Shown here in pieces: positions 9,830 through 21,414 of a stretch of DNA of 21,414 bases. The position numbers and the translations under genes are program-made. The DNA comes from Coniocarpon cinnabarinum (taxonomy: Eukaryota). Location of the stretch: positions 124,001 to 145,414 of the forward strand of contig JAVECO010000038.1 in the NCBI GenBank assembly GCA_051942205.1, read 5' to 3'. Under the pieces are notes generated by a model. That model was not told where the DNA came from and searched no databases. It saw only the letters and a list, made by a program, of their open reading frames with translations. The first letter of the stretch is position 1; the number at the start of each line of letters is the position of its first letter.

Positions 9830-11740
9830 CTACTTGCTTCTAGGTTCGAAGCGAACTTTGACAGCGCCACGCCATGCCGGCAGAAACGCGTCATCGAACT
9901 CGAGCTTGTCGGGGCTCGAGGGATCGCGAACGACGTTGAATCGATGATAGACCATCGAAAGGGTCATACGCAGCTCAAGCCATGCAAGACTATATTGCAG
10001 GTTAGCCGAACTGTTTCTTCTGTGTTCTTCCCCATGTCACTGATGTGGAGGTCAATGAAAGCAGTCAGACTCACTTGATCCCCAAGCAACTCCGTGGTCC
10101 CTTTGAAAAGGCGACACACCATCTGTCCAGACTTGGGTCTTGGACCCACCGTTCTGGAATGAAGCTATGCGGGCTGGCAAAAATACTGGGATTGAGATGA
10201 ACAAAAGGCGCTGCGCAAGACACGACAGTGCCCCCCGGAACGTCAACCCCGGCAATTACCGCACCCTCAGGAGGAACCACGCGCAACAGACCCGCAACGA
10301 CGCCATGGCTGTAGCGCAGACCCTCCTTGATGACTGCATTGAGGAAGGGGAGTCGCTCGAGGGCGTCCAGTGACGGCGGTTGGCGGGAAGCGTCTGTCCA
10401 AGCTTGGTCAATTTCTGCGCGCAGTCTCTGTTGACGATCGAGATCTTGAGCGAGGAAGAAGGTAATGGCTTGAAGCGTGTTGCCAACAGTGTCGGCGCCC
10501 GCAAACAACAATGCTTGCGCTTCCTCGTAAAGCGAGCCTGGACTGATGCTTGCGCCATGCTTGGATGACAAGAGCAGATGATAGATGGTCAAGTTGTGGG
10601 GCAACAATTCTAGGTTGCGTGGTGAGTCCGAGAACGACTTGATTTGAGCGCTTATAATCTAAATGAATGGGGTCAGCTGCCATGTTTCATACCACCGTGC
10701 TTGGGACTGCCCTGACCTGCTGCAGGTCCACCAGGCCCGACGTTTCGGGGCTGATGATTTTGGCAAGCCTGGGTGGACACTGTTGGATCATGCTTTTGTA
10801 CAGGTCGCTATGCTTGAAGCGAACCAGCACGGGAGTGGAAGCATCCATGGCGAGAATGATGGGTGCTCTAAACTCGGGTTCCTGGAGAGCGTCCACGGAT
10901 TTTCCGAAGCACAGATAGGTAATGACGTCCATGGTCATGCAGCGAAAGGCATAGCCGGCATGAACGGCTCGACTCCGGGTATGACATGCTCTCAACGCGT
11001 CGCAAAGCGCATCAACCTGACCGAGAATGTCAGCGCATGGTCTGTCTCTGAGACATGTCAACGGCCTGGTGAAATTGCTCTGAGAATAGCAAAGCGTTTC
11101 TGTACAACCGTGGGACCCTACATGCCGTGACTTACCTTGTCCTGTACCAACAACTTGGCTTCGACCACCGCCTTGGCTGAGAAGCGTTTGCTCAAGATGT
11201 CTTTGCGCGACTTTGATTCATTGTACGTCAAAAAGCCAAAAGAACTTCGATCCTCGCCAAAACTGTGGTAGAGCCGTGACTCCTTGTCCCAGCGATTCTG
11301 AGAGTTGTAGATGTCATGGTAAGCCCGTGGGTTGGAGAAATGAAGCTGCTGCTGGATCAGTCTTGTTCCACTCGCAATCGGTTTGGACCAGTCTGATGCC
11401 GGGTTACCTCGTTCGGCCCAATGCGAATGACCTCGCCTATGACGATGGCGATTAGTTGCACCGAGAGGAAGCACCAAAATGCGTTGAGGGACTCACCATG
11501 GCGCCGGTGCAAATCAGTCAAGACATCGTAGAACGAGCGACGGAGCACGCATTCAACAAATGCATGCCAGAACCTGGTGAAAGCTGCGGTCCTAGGGCCA
11601 GGGAATTTTGCGAGCGGGCCGCGGTATGCAGTGGAGACTGCGCGGAAGAAAGTCCAGGAAAAGTAGACAGAGGACAGGAGCACGAAAACGACATTGACGG
11701 AAAGCATGTCTTGAAGACAGTCGAGAGCCCCAAGAACCAT
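9830..11740 (-). CDS. Cytochrome P450 monooxygenase (resembles CYP58/trichodiene-oxygenase-like fungal P450s). Exons 11740-11497, 11436-11408, 11345-11136, 11016-10717, 10658-10075, 9989-9830
   Basis: N-terminal TM anchor followed by PLAKFPGP; spliced GEVIRIGPNELHF; I-helix AGADT; K-helix EGLR; FIPERW; heme motif FSKGPRSCLGINLAWLEL. Five GT..AG introns restore one continuous frame ending in TAG at 9830-9832. An alternative start Met (MLSVNV) lies 11 codons downstream. Confidence 0.95.
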
Positions 11741-14376
11741 AATGTCGGGTTCTCTAGCTTATACTTGTCGGAAACATACTCAAGAAAAAGACACGAGAAC
11801 GCAGAGGTTTCCATCAAGCTTTGTACTATCCAATATAGTCAATTACAGAGTCTACGAGGGGCGAGGAGCTCCTTTGGCCGTCCGCGCTTTTTTACACTAC
11901 TCGGCGCCCAGAGAGGAGAGACTGGCGTGCTCGTCTCACAAAACGCGAAACGGCGGACTAGACATCTGCGGGTAGTTCGAGCGGCACTGGGCGGCTGCTG
12001 TGGGATCGCTATCCTCAGGCGAGGAAAGCGTGGAGTCGACATTGAGGATGAGGACTCCACTTGGCGCGTGTATTCGCCACTAAAGCTTGGGTCAGTTCTC
12101 TGCAGTCGGTCATGATGCGAGCCATTGATGGACGTAAGCAGATTGACAGAGAGCAGAAAACCAATCCCGAGACTCTGGATGACCCACTGAGAGGGCGTAC
12201 ACCGAAGAGCCCGTGCGCGTGAACGCCTGTCGGATTCTGGCGTGTAGCGTGGGTAGCCGCCAACTGAAAGAAGCCAACACGGGAGGGGTTAAGGACAGTA
12301 GTGTCAACGACTGATGAAGACCGCTGCCCAGAAGCTTCAGTTGGTCGGACGGGCTCTGATCAGCAGGGGGGGGAGCAGTCGGATCATTTAATCACTATGC
12401 AGATGCGACCGCTTGCCGACCGGGACTAGACAAGGATCAGGCGGCGTGGCCTGGATAAAGTTAAGGCGCGGAGAGGAGCCGAATGGGTAAGATGTTCGTC
12501 GTGGAATGCTTGCGAAGAGATGGAGTGGGTAAGTGATTGCCGAAAGCAGGCCCTGATGGGAGCACGCATCCTGGAGCTCGAGTGAAGAGGAGGTGGGTCT
12601 TGCTCATGTGAAGAGAGCGAATGTGGTCGAGCTGGACGAAAGAGGTAGTCGGAGCAGGCAAGACCGTTGAGAAGAAGACCTGAAGAAGAGGCCGGCAGGG
12701 AAGAGGTGGGCTGAATCGCGTGAGGCGAGGTTGCACGAAAGAAGTATGAGGGGGCTGCAGCTAGAGGGGACGCGTGCAGCGCCGACAGGGAAGCGGAGGG
12801 TTAGTAACTTCGTTGTTGCACGGATGGCCGGCTTGCGTGCTCCCTCGGCGGCCATATGGAGGATGGAGGATGCAGGAACAGACGTCAGGATCCTTGCTGC
12901 GCGTGTGGGAAGACGCAGCAACAGTCCGTCGCCTGTGTGGCACAGAGATGTAGACGCTGCAGGCCCCCCCAGGGCACAGCATGACATTGGCTCCTTCGTC
13001 ATGCCGTAGATGGAAGATGCAGCGACGACGACGAGGGGAAGAAGTATGGAAGAAGGTTTGTGGTCGGGTGAGATGAATTTTTGGGATGATGTGGGGGAGG
13101 GAAGCTAATCGATAAGCTAGGGCTGGCGGCTGACTGCTGGCTGCTGGCTGCTGGCTGCTTACCCACTGCTGGCTCGGCGCCACGATGGAGCGATGCCCGA
13201 CGCCGGTGCTACTGGATTCACATGGTTTGCTCACCGCCTGGACCGGTCTTGGCGCGGGCCTGTACCTAGGTACTGGCCCCGGACAGGCGCTGTAAGACAC
13301 ATCGCTAGGAAAAGGGAAAAGGTAGATACCTACTCTGTACCCTACAATCCTCCAGAGCGTGGGAGAGCAGCAAGTAGCATCATCCCCCGCCACCCGGACT
13401 GTCTATTCACACGTACGGAGCGCGCGTGGGAGCAGTTGGACGGAAGTTGCCATTCGATAGACGCAGTTTGTGCCCCCTGTGCAGTCTTGTGCGCCCTGTG
13501 CTGCTCCCCCACAATATTATAGCCAGATGTCATATGTACTCCGTATCCCGTAACCTGACCTCCCTCGACCCATCTCGCCCTGCCACTGCCCTCGTGCTGC
13601 CACCAGACGCACAAATACTCTGCCTCTGGGGGATGCGCGCGCGCGTCCTGCTGCGAGCATGACGCCAGGCCCGCTCGCCTGCGTGTCGCTTGTCGGTACC
13701 GGGTCCGTTGGTGAGACGTTGCTCGTCGCGGCAGTGGTGGTAGTCAGCAGCCAGCAGCACGAATGGGTCGACGGACCACCTGCCTTTGCATCCTCGCCCT
13801 CTCTCCCATCTTCCCTCGCGCCGTAGTAGGATATCCACTCCTCGCAGACCGGATGACCGCCGAATCCATCATCCCTTCCACAATGGGACCACCGCCGCCG
13901 CCGCGGCCACGCCCGAGCCAGACCCGTCCTCCTGGTGCTGCTGGCGGCGGCGGTGGTGGTGGCCTTCTTCAGGTCCTTGGTGTGCTGCTCCTGAGCCCGG
14001 AGTGAAGCAGACGCGGTGGACGAGGTGATCGAGCTGGGCGACTGGCACTGCCCTCTCCAGACACCCGCTGCAAGCTTCGCAAAAGCAGCCAATTTGTTTC
14101 CTGTCACCTGTCTCTTCGGAAGGAGCCTTTTCTCACCAAACCCAAGCACCGTCCCCTTGGGTCCTGACCTCCCACGCTTTGCTTCCGCTTTTACCACCAC
14201 TCTCAAAACTCACTCCCCTCCAACATAAAACTCGCCCTTCAAATACTTGCTTGACTCCGGTCCCCCGCACCCACACCCACACCACCACGCCGCCTCGCTT
14301 GCCCCTTCATCAACCACTGCTCGAGATTCCTGACCCTCCTTGCAGTCACGCCAAGCTTGCCGCCACGCGATGCCCG

Positions 14377-15790
14377 ATGGCGCATCCTGCGGGTTTCGAG
14401 GCTGATGAGCTTCCTCTTGTTAGTGCCTGCGCTCCTCGCCGCCCTGCGCTCTTAGACTTCAAGCTAACTCGTCGCTCCACTGCAAGGACGACTCATATGA
14501 GAACGACTCTGCATTTGGTGATGACTCAGACTTGCAATCGTATGCAGACGCTGGCCACGTCGCGCATGTAACGGCTACAGTGATCTAACCCGTTCGACCA
14601 GTGTGACGACATCGCTCAAGACCTCCATCACCAATTACCACTACGAAAATGGCCGCAGGTACCACGCCTTTCGGTCAGGCGCTTATTGGTATGCATGTCC
14701 AGTCTATCAACGCGCTCTTTCGGTCCCACTTAACACGAATGCCAGGGGTCCGAACGACGAGTCCGCTCTAGACTCGCTCGATATTGCGTACGGCTCTACG
14801 TGCAGTTCCGCAGTCGGTCACCGCGACTGACATTTCCAGACACCACATTCTGACCAAGCTGCTCGACGGCAAATTATTCCTTGCACCACTCCCGCCGAAA
14901 CCTCAACGCGCACTCGACGTGGGCACCGGTACCGGCATTTGGGCCATGTACGTCCAAAACGTATCGCATTCGCTCACAGGGCAAGTATATTAATAGAACA
15001 CCGTGTACAGTGACTTTGCAGATCAATACCCCGACTGTCAAGTGGTCGGTACCGACCTATCCCCTGTCCAGCCGCAGGAAGTTCCGCCTAATCTACAGTT
15101 TGAAGTCGACGATGCCTGTAGCGATTGGACGTTTACCAAGAACAGCTTCGACTTCATTCATGTTCGTGCCCTTTATGGGTGCGTGGCGGACTGGCCGGCT
15201 ATGTACCAGCAGATCATGGAGTGAGATCTCCCCGTTGATTCATTTCCCGTGTCTTTGCTAAATCGAGTCACGACAGTCACCTAAAGCCCGGCGGTTACGT
15301 CGAGCAACTCGAGATGAGCGTCGTGCCCAAGTCTGATGATGGTTCCGTTGCGCCAGACTCCAAGTTCGCTGACTGGGGTCGAACATCACTCGACGCTGGC
15401 GACGCCTTCGGCAAGACTTTGCGAATCGTCGACGAGTCCAAGCAACTCATGAGGGCTGCAGGGTTCGAAGATGTCACCGAAATTCGGTGGAAACTACCCC
15501 TAGGTGGGTGGTGCAGTGACGCCAAGTTCAAAGAGCTGGGCAAGTGGAACCAGCTGCACTGGGATCAGTCACTGGAGACCTGGAGTCTCTACCTCTTCAC
15601 AAACTATCTCGGATGGTCGTACGAGAAAGTCATGGTATATGTCGCCGCAATGCGCCAACAGCTTCGCAACAGGCGTGTCCATGCATATCATGAAGTGTGA
15701 GTCGACTTCAGCGTGGTCACGGCATGACAGAAAAGGGCTAACAGATGCAGGTCGGTGGTCTATGGACGCAAACCGGGCGGAGACTTTTGA
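14377..15790 (+). CDS. LaeA-like class I SAM-dependent methyltransferase (Methyltransf_23-type fungal family). Exons 14377-14418, 14487-14539, 14602-14688, 14746-14787, 14840-14947, 15011-15220, 15277-15696, 15751-15790
   Basis: The spliced product contains YENGRRYHAF, YWGPNDE, KLFLAPL, SAM motif I ALDVGTGTGIWAIDFAD, GTDLSPVQP, VPPNLQFEVDD, FDFIHVR, LKPGGYVEQLE and a C-terminal VVYGRKP. All seven introns are GT..AG with branch-like sites. It is a family member, not necessarily the LaeA orthologue. Confidence 0.95.
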
Positions 15791-16325
15791 AATCTCCATG
15801 TGCAGCTCCTCAGGAAGCAAGACGAAATGCCAACGTATATGACAGAGCACAAAATGAAGCGCGGCGCTGGAGGCTGTTCGTGATGAATGAAAGTGGCACC
15901 ATTTGCCCTTGCTCCAGGCTTTGTACGGAAGCGTATTAGGGACCAATAGCAAGCCTTGACTGTGTGAAGCTCTCGACCATACCGTCACAAGCATCTGCTC
16001 GGTCTAGTGGGCACTAGCAATTTAAGCAGTAAATAGATTGACTGATTTGGGCGGCCCGTCCATCGTGACCTCGCCCAAAACAGAAGGGTGATGTCATTGT
16101 GGCCTCAAAGTTGGAGGCTGGCGTCGTCCGACATATGACGATGTCTCTGCACCGGTCAGGTGAGGGAGACCTGGAAGGCTGTCGCAACCGTCTTGCTCTC
16201 CCCGGCTCCTTGCTTCAATCATCCCTGTTCCCTATACACCACCTCCCTTTGCGCGCGCTTAAGGGTCGCTGCTGCGTTGCACCTCACCACAGAGCCTCCC
16301 AGTGCCGTGATACATATATTACCCA

Positions 16326-19245
16326 ATGGCCGCGGCACAACCCCCGGTCGCTCAAGGTGACGTCTGCCCGGATCCCACGGCGCATGGCCGTGTTCCATCC
16401 TTATTGCAGGACCAAGCCAGCAAGGCCGCGCTTTACGTCACGCAGCCCGACCGCGACAATGACCACGGTCGCGCGTCGCCTCCCGAGGCCGAGGGCAAGC
16501 TTTCTTCGAGCAGTACGTAGCAGCAAGCCTGTCGCATGCAACGTGACTTTGAGATCAGCTCTTTGATATTCTTTACTAGGCGCGGCCGCTTCACTGAAAC
16601 ATGCGAAGCCTCACGAGTTACCTTCATTTCCGTCAGTCGGCATTGACACTACCAATTCCGGTAGCACAGCCGCCAATCTGGCGCACAGCAATCAGAAGTC
16701 CTTTGAGCATTGGAGACCAGGCGACCTCTCCTCCACGGCGGGCAAAGCGGCACTGATCGCGCATAAAGACGGCGGCAAACTCAACCTGTGGTCGGCGACT
16801 GCAAGCGAACCCGGCCACACAGCTGCCGGCGCGGCAATGCTGAAGCAGAAGGGCCTCAGTCCGAAGATGGACTACGGGTACACTGATGATGGACGTCAAA
16901 AAGCTTTACTGGCCGCGAAACTGTCCGTGCGGGGGAGAACGCGATCAGGGTCAACACCGGCACCGGTCAAGAGTCCACAGTACCCCGATGCCGAGAACGC
17001 TGGACACAACGCGTTGAATGCCGCGTCCATTGCCCACAGACCGACGGTGCCACGAAAGCAGTCGCCTTACCGAGTGAGTAGTGCGGCGAACGAGGCTGCG
17101 CGTCTTACGCACATGCAGGGCAACATCAATCGCGACATGTTTGGGGAGCATCCGCCCATTGGTGGGGAGACGGAGCAAGAACGCAAGCGCAAGGCCGCTT
17201 TGAAGGGAGCAGCTTTGGCACATACCAGAAAGGCGGACGACGCTGCCACAGAAGCGCAGCGAAATCCACATCCGGCCCTCGATCCTGCCCTCTACGCACG
17301 AAATCATCTGAGTATCCAAGAGCAGGCGCAGAAGCTCGCAGCCGAGCGCCTCAACAAATTGGACCCCGATGGTGTGCGTGCGTATCGTGAGCACTATGGA
17401 TACTCTGCACCGCTGCGCAACAGACTCTCCATCAGGAATCGACGTGTTAGAAGCCGAAGCGAAGGCCACGAGAGCAAGGTGGACAGCGACAGCGATGACG
17501 ACGATGCGAGACGTGCAGGCAGGATACGACATCAAATGAGTCGGTTCAATGACCAACTGAACAGCGTCGATCAGAAGCGGCAAACAGACAGAAGTACGTT
17601 AATGCTCGCGGCACAGAAATCAGTCAAACAGCGAATGTCTACGATGGACCAGCAAATTTTCGACGAGACTGGCAAAGTCACACCCACCGTCCTCGAGCAA
17701 TGGGAAGCCAAGGCTCGCGCCCGGGCGGCAGAGCAAAGCGAGAAGCGGCTCGAGAACCACGGGATGGTGCATATCGGCGGTGGGAAATACATGAACGAGA
17801 AGGAGGTGGAAGCCATTGCCGCGAGCAGGATGCAGCCGACCTTGGACGAGATCAGCGCGAATGCCGAAAAGCAGCGAGCGCGAGACGAAGAGCTGCGAGT
17901 CGAACAGGAGACGAAACGCGACGAGGCGGCGAAAGAAAAGCAGCGCAACCAGGATAACAAGACCGCCGCGAAACAGGCAAAGCAAGAAGAAAAAGAATTC
18001 GCCAAGACGAAGAAGCGGCTGCAGAAAGAGGAAAACCGACAACAGAAGGAGGCTGAGAAGGAGCAGGGACAAAAGGCGAAGGAGGCTGCGAGGAGTGAAG
18101 ACACGTCGAAGCTGTCAACAGATGATTCGACTAAAGTCGAGGAGGGTGTTACCACAACCACAGCTGCCGGTGCCCCTGCACCTGAAGTCGACAATGCCAA
18201 AGACAAGAAGACCGACAAGTCGAATGACAAGTCTAGTGTTCCGAAAGAGTCGCGTGGATTTGTCTCTCAGAAACTGACCAGAGGTGAGAAGTTTGCGATG
18301 GGTGCAACGGTCCAAGGTCAGTGCTTCTTTTGTCTTCAGGGCAACACAGCATAGTCTTCACATCTGGTCAAAGGCCCGTTAGAGCTTTGGCAGCTCTGCA
18401 TGTGGACACAAGCTCTACACGTGTGATATCAGCTAGAGACAGAGAGAAAACGCAGAGCGTAGTCCCGCGCGACTTTTCATGATCACGATGCGATTGGAAG
18501 CTATTGACGCTGACATTCCACAGATCCCCCAGGCATTCCCACCTCCTTCGAAGGCCAACGCTCCCAAGTTCATCCAGAGTTGAAAGGTAAAGACATCGAA
18601 GGTGAAGCGCCCAACGAAATCCAAACCCTCTCCGGACCCCGAGATGTGCAATTCAAACGTAATGACAAGCGAGATAGCCGTGTCCGTTCCTGGCTCGGCA
18701 AACTCACACGCAGTGGGAAAACAGGCGCTCGCGCCCATGATGACAGCGGCTCTGAGTCGACAGTCCGGAGCAAAGACGCCAAAGAGTCGAGACCCAGCAA
18801 AGAGTCAAGGGCGAGCAAGGAATCAAAAGACAATCGGCCCTCTGATGATGACAGCGGCGAGGATGGCCTGTACAGCCACTTCAAAGAGGCGAGCCGAGAG
18901 GAGGAGGACGGGCTTGGGGCTGACGACGGATTGAGCAAGAAGAAGAAGAAGCAGGCTGAGCCCAGCATTGACGAAGTCATGAGTGGCGCGCAGGTCCGTG
19001 AGGACAACAAGGAAAGGGAGAAGGATCGGAGCATCTCACCCCCTACGCCGAGAGATGATCAAGACTCGACGCGTGGTCGTGTCCGCGAGAGCATCGTGTC
19101 CAACACCACGACTGATGAATTCGAAGAGGCAAAAGACAAGTTCGATGAGGATGATTTGAAGCCGCCGGAGATCCCTGCAGGTCGACCGAGCCAAGCCGAG
19201 AGCAGCCCGTCCAGGAGCCACAGCAGGTTCATTGAAGATCTATGA
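16326..19245 (+). CDS. Eisosome protein 1 (Eis1-like). Exons 16326-16512, 16580-18316, 18524-19245
   Basis: N-terminal ASKAALYVT...GKLSSSSAAASLKHA; core GMVHIGGGKYMNEKEVEAIAASRMQPTLDEISANAEKQR typical of the Eisosome1 family; long charged coiled coil; C-terminal SRFIEDL. Introns 16513-16579 and 18317-18523 keep the frame. Confidence 0.85.
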
Positions 19246-19857
19246 ATAGTTCACGCCGCTGTGTTGGTTACTGTCTGCCCCATCCAGAGAGTTATTGCGA
19301 TTGGTTATTGTGTGGCGTGGTTGTTGTTACACGACGGCAGTTACTATTTCTCTAACATTACTTTGCGTCTGATCAATGAAATTGGATAAGCTTCCTCGAA
19401 ATTGGAATTCGCTTCAGTAATCGCTGGTCAAGTAGAACAGTCACAGCTAGGTGTGGGTGCCGATACGTCTAATGAGAACAAAACGAAAGCAAGACCAATC
19501 GATTGATTACGTAATACGCGACCTACGATATACTTGGTGGTTAACTAAACACTCCGGAAAAAGAACGTATTGCCCCTGCGATGGAATCCTCTGCTGCTCA
19601 AGGTCTCCGGATAATCTTTACAAGTATCTGAGCCCTATCACTATGTTATTAACGTTTATTAGCAGCAAGATGATGATGATGATAGAGACCTCAAACAATA
19701 ATGCAGTGAACCAGCGTTTGCGCTTGCAACGTCAATAGGTCCGGATTTAACACAGATACGACTCAAGATTACAACAGATCAGCGTGAAGCTCCTTAGAAA
19801 ACGCTGACTGAAGACCTGTCTGCAGCCGTTCATTTGAAGGCGACGAGGAAAAGAGAC

Positions 19858-19887
19858 CACCTGGAGGCACCTGGAGGCACCTGGACT
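19858..19887. repeat. 10 bp tandem repeat CACCTGGAGG x3
   Basis: cacctggagg cacctggagg cacctggact. Confidence 0.8.
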
Positions 19888-20137
19888 ATACCTCTCTCTT
19901 GAACACCCAACTTGAACACTCAAACTCCGGCCCATGAATCAAATTCGCCTTCACACGCCACCTTCACTATCCACTCACTCACCTTGTCATATATTATGGA
20001 CCCTTTCATAACAGTGGATGAAACATAGCTGGACTATGTAAGCAAATACAATATACAGCGTATATTCTCCTTTTATGCAAATATCAAATCCAAGTTCCAG
20101 TCGTCAACGACATCGCTATCAGAAATAGTCAAGCTCC

Positions 20138-21414
20138 ATGCCACTCGAAGCCAGCCGCTACGCCACGCATACACCTCCTCGACCTCCATCCACCTCAGCA
20201 AATTCCCAGTCCGCGTCTACGTCCGCAGCAACTCCTCAGACTGCTTCCGCTCGACCTCCGTCAACGACCCACGCTTCTGTGCTCCCTCGGTTGCAAACGC
20301 TCCAGACGCGTCTCCTTTGGAAGAGCGATTCGCTTTTGGCTTCGCGGGTATTGGCTGAATCGCATGGAACGAGGGGAACTGTGCAGTTTGTGCTTGATCT
20401 TGCGGAATGGTGAGTCCTGTATGAGACTTTCTTGTCCATTTTGGGAGCATCATGCTGGAGAAGGCTGTATAGTGGACTGGGACTTGCTGGTGCAGCCACG
20501 TCTCACGAGTACATGATTCTGTAATGATTTGGTTTCGAGGCTGAAAGACGAGCATCGTTGCTAGTGTCTCCCTGAAATAATTGAAGACGCAAGTGTATTC
20601 ATTCCCTGATTTCGCGATATTCTGAAAGATAGACTTGAGTAGTGCCGATCTTATTCCGCTTCTCGAGCTCGCTTTCCTCTCGACCAGGGTGCGATCTCCA
20701 GTTTCAAGAATGTCTTTGCAGAAACGGCATACGAAAACATACTAACCACAAAGCAGGTACACCCTCCTCGAACGCTTCATCCTCCTCGCCCTCGAGACCT
20801 TCCAAATCTCGATCCCCCGCCATCGCCTCCCGACATTAGAACCCCTTGGCTTCGACAGCCATTCTCGAAACACCACAGACCACCAAAACACAAACAACGA
20901 CACGGAAGACAGAAGCAAAGACGAGGAACCGAATGGCGCAAGAAACGAAAAAAGCACGACACGAGCCTTCTTCGCAACTGGCAAATCCCTGGCCGAACGC
21001 ACCAAGCTCTTCGGTCCCGCCCATTCAAAGCCCAATCATGACGCCAAAAACGTCATCATCCCGGTCCAAACATCCGTGGATGCCACAACTCAAAGCCACT
21101 TCTTCCACGAGAACATCCTTGTGCTTCTTGCGCAATCCTCGAATCCACTGCATACAGCGCTCGGCGTGGATCCGATTATAAAGCAATTACGACGGTTCAA
21201 GGACGTGAGGAACAGTGCTAGAGATTTGGTCGAGGGACGAAGAGTCGTTGCGCTTTTGGAGAGGGAGGAATGTGAGAGTTGTATTAGGGGGATGTGTGAA
21301 GGTTTGGAGGGGTGTATGAGTATTATACGGGGGCAATTGGGGAGGGGAAAGGGGAGGGAACAAGATGGGGAGGGGAGGGGGATGGAGATGGGGATGGAGA
21401 TGGAAATGGAGATG
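20138..21414 (+). CDS. Probable conserved fungal protein of unknown function, 3' end outside the window. Exons 20138-20409, 20757->21414
   Basis: Donor TG|GTGAGT at 20410, perfect branch site TACTAAC at 20740-20746 and acceptor CAG at 20754-20756. Splicing gives FVLDLAEWYTLLERFILLALETFQISI...HFFHENILVLLAQSSNPLHTALG...KQLRRFKDVRN, with no stop codon from 20757 to the window end. Confidence 0.75.

Noticed and set aside
12797..12804. Telomerase RNA gene near TERT (CTAACCCT on the minus strand within a 2.6 kb non-coding gap)
   Set aside because: It lacks the TAACCCTAA template typical of filamentous ascomycete telomerase RNAs, and the match overlaps a TACTAAC branch site, which explains it better. 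No pseudoknot or CR4/5 domain was recognised by eye; a covariance-model search would settle it.
20510..20630. C/D snoRNA in the 347 nt intron (ATGATT and several CTGA)
   Set aside because: No proper RTGATGA box, terminal stem or recognisable rRNA guide.
21290..21414. G-rich window end as a telomere-like or G-quadruplex element
   Set aside because: It lies in the open frame of the last gene (Gly/Glu/Met-rich, ATGGAG repeats) and has no tandem TTAGGG.

Overview
Intron-containing fungal (filamentous ascomycete-like) genomic DNA with six protein-coding genes. (1) The 3' part of telomerase reverse transcriptase TERT/EST2 (<1-3005, +). (2) An intronless TBC/Rab-GAP-fold protein with an Sbe2-like motif (3660-6293, +). 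(3) A 6-exon cytochrome P450 (9830-11740, -). (4) An 8-exon LaeA-like SAM-dependent methyltransferase (14377-15790, +). (5) Eisosome protein 1 (16326-19245, +). (6) A 2-exon probable conserved fungal protein that runs off the right edge and is mostly missed by the ORF track (20138->21414, +). Between the TBC gene and the P450 is an AT-rich island showing signs of RIP (repeat-induced point mutation; about 6870-8950). It holds an LTR-like element (TGTAACG...CATTACA) built largely from minisatellites, a further 18-19 bp array, a T27 tract and a frame broken only by TAG stops. The 2.6 kb gap between the divergent P450 and methyltransferase shows a possible spliced minus-strand transcript, small ORFs and a perfect 15 bp hairpin. 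I found no clearly novel multi-gene system. All gene models were built by hand from splice signals and remembered family motifs; no database search was run.
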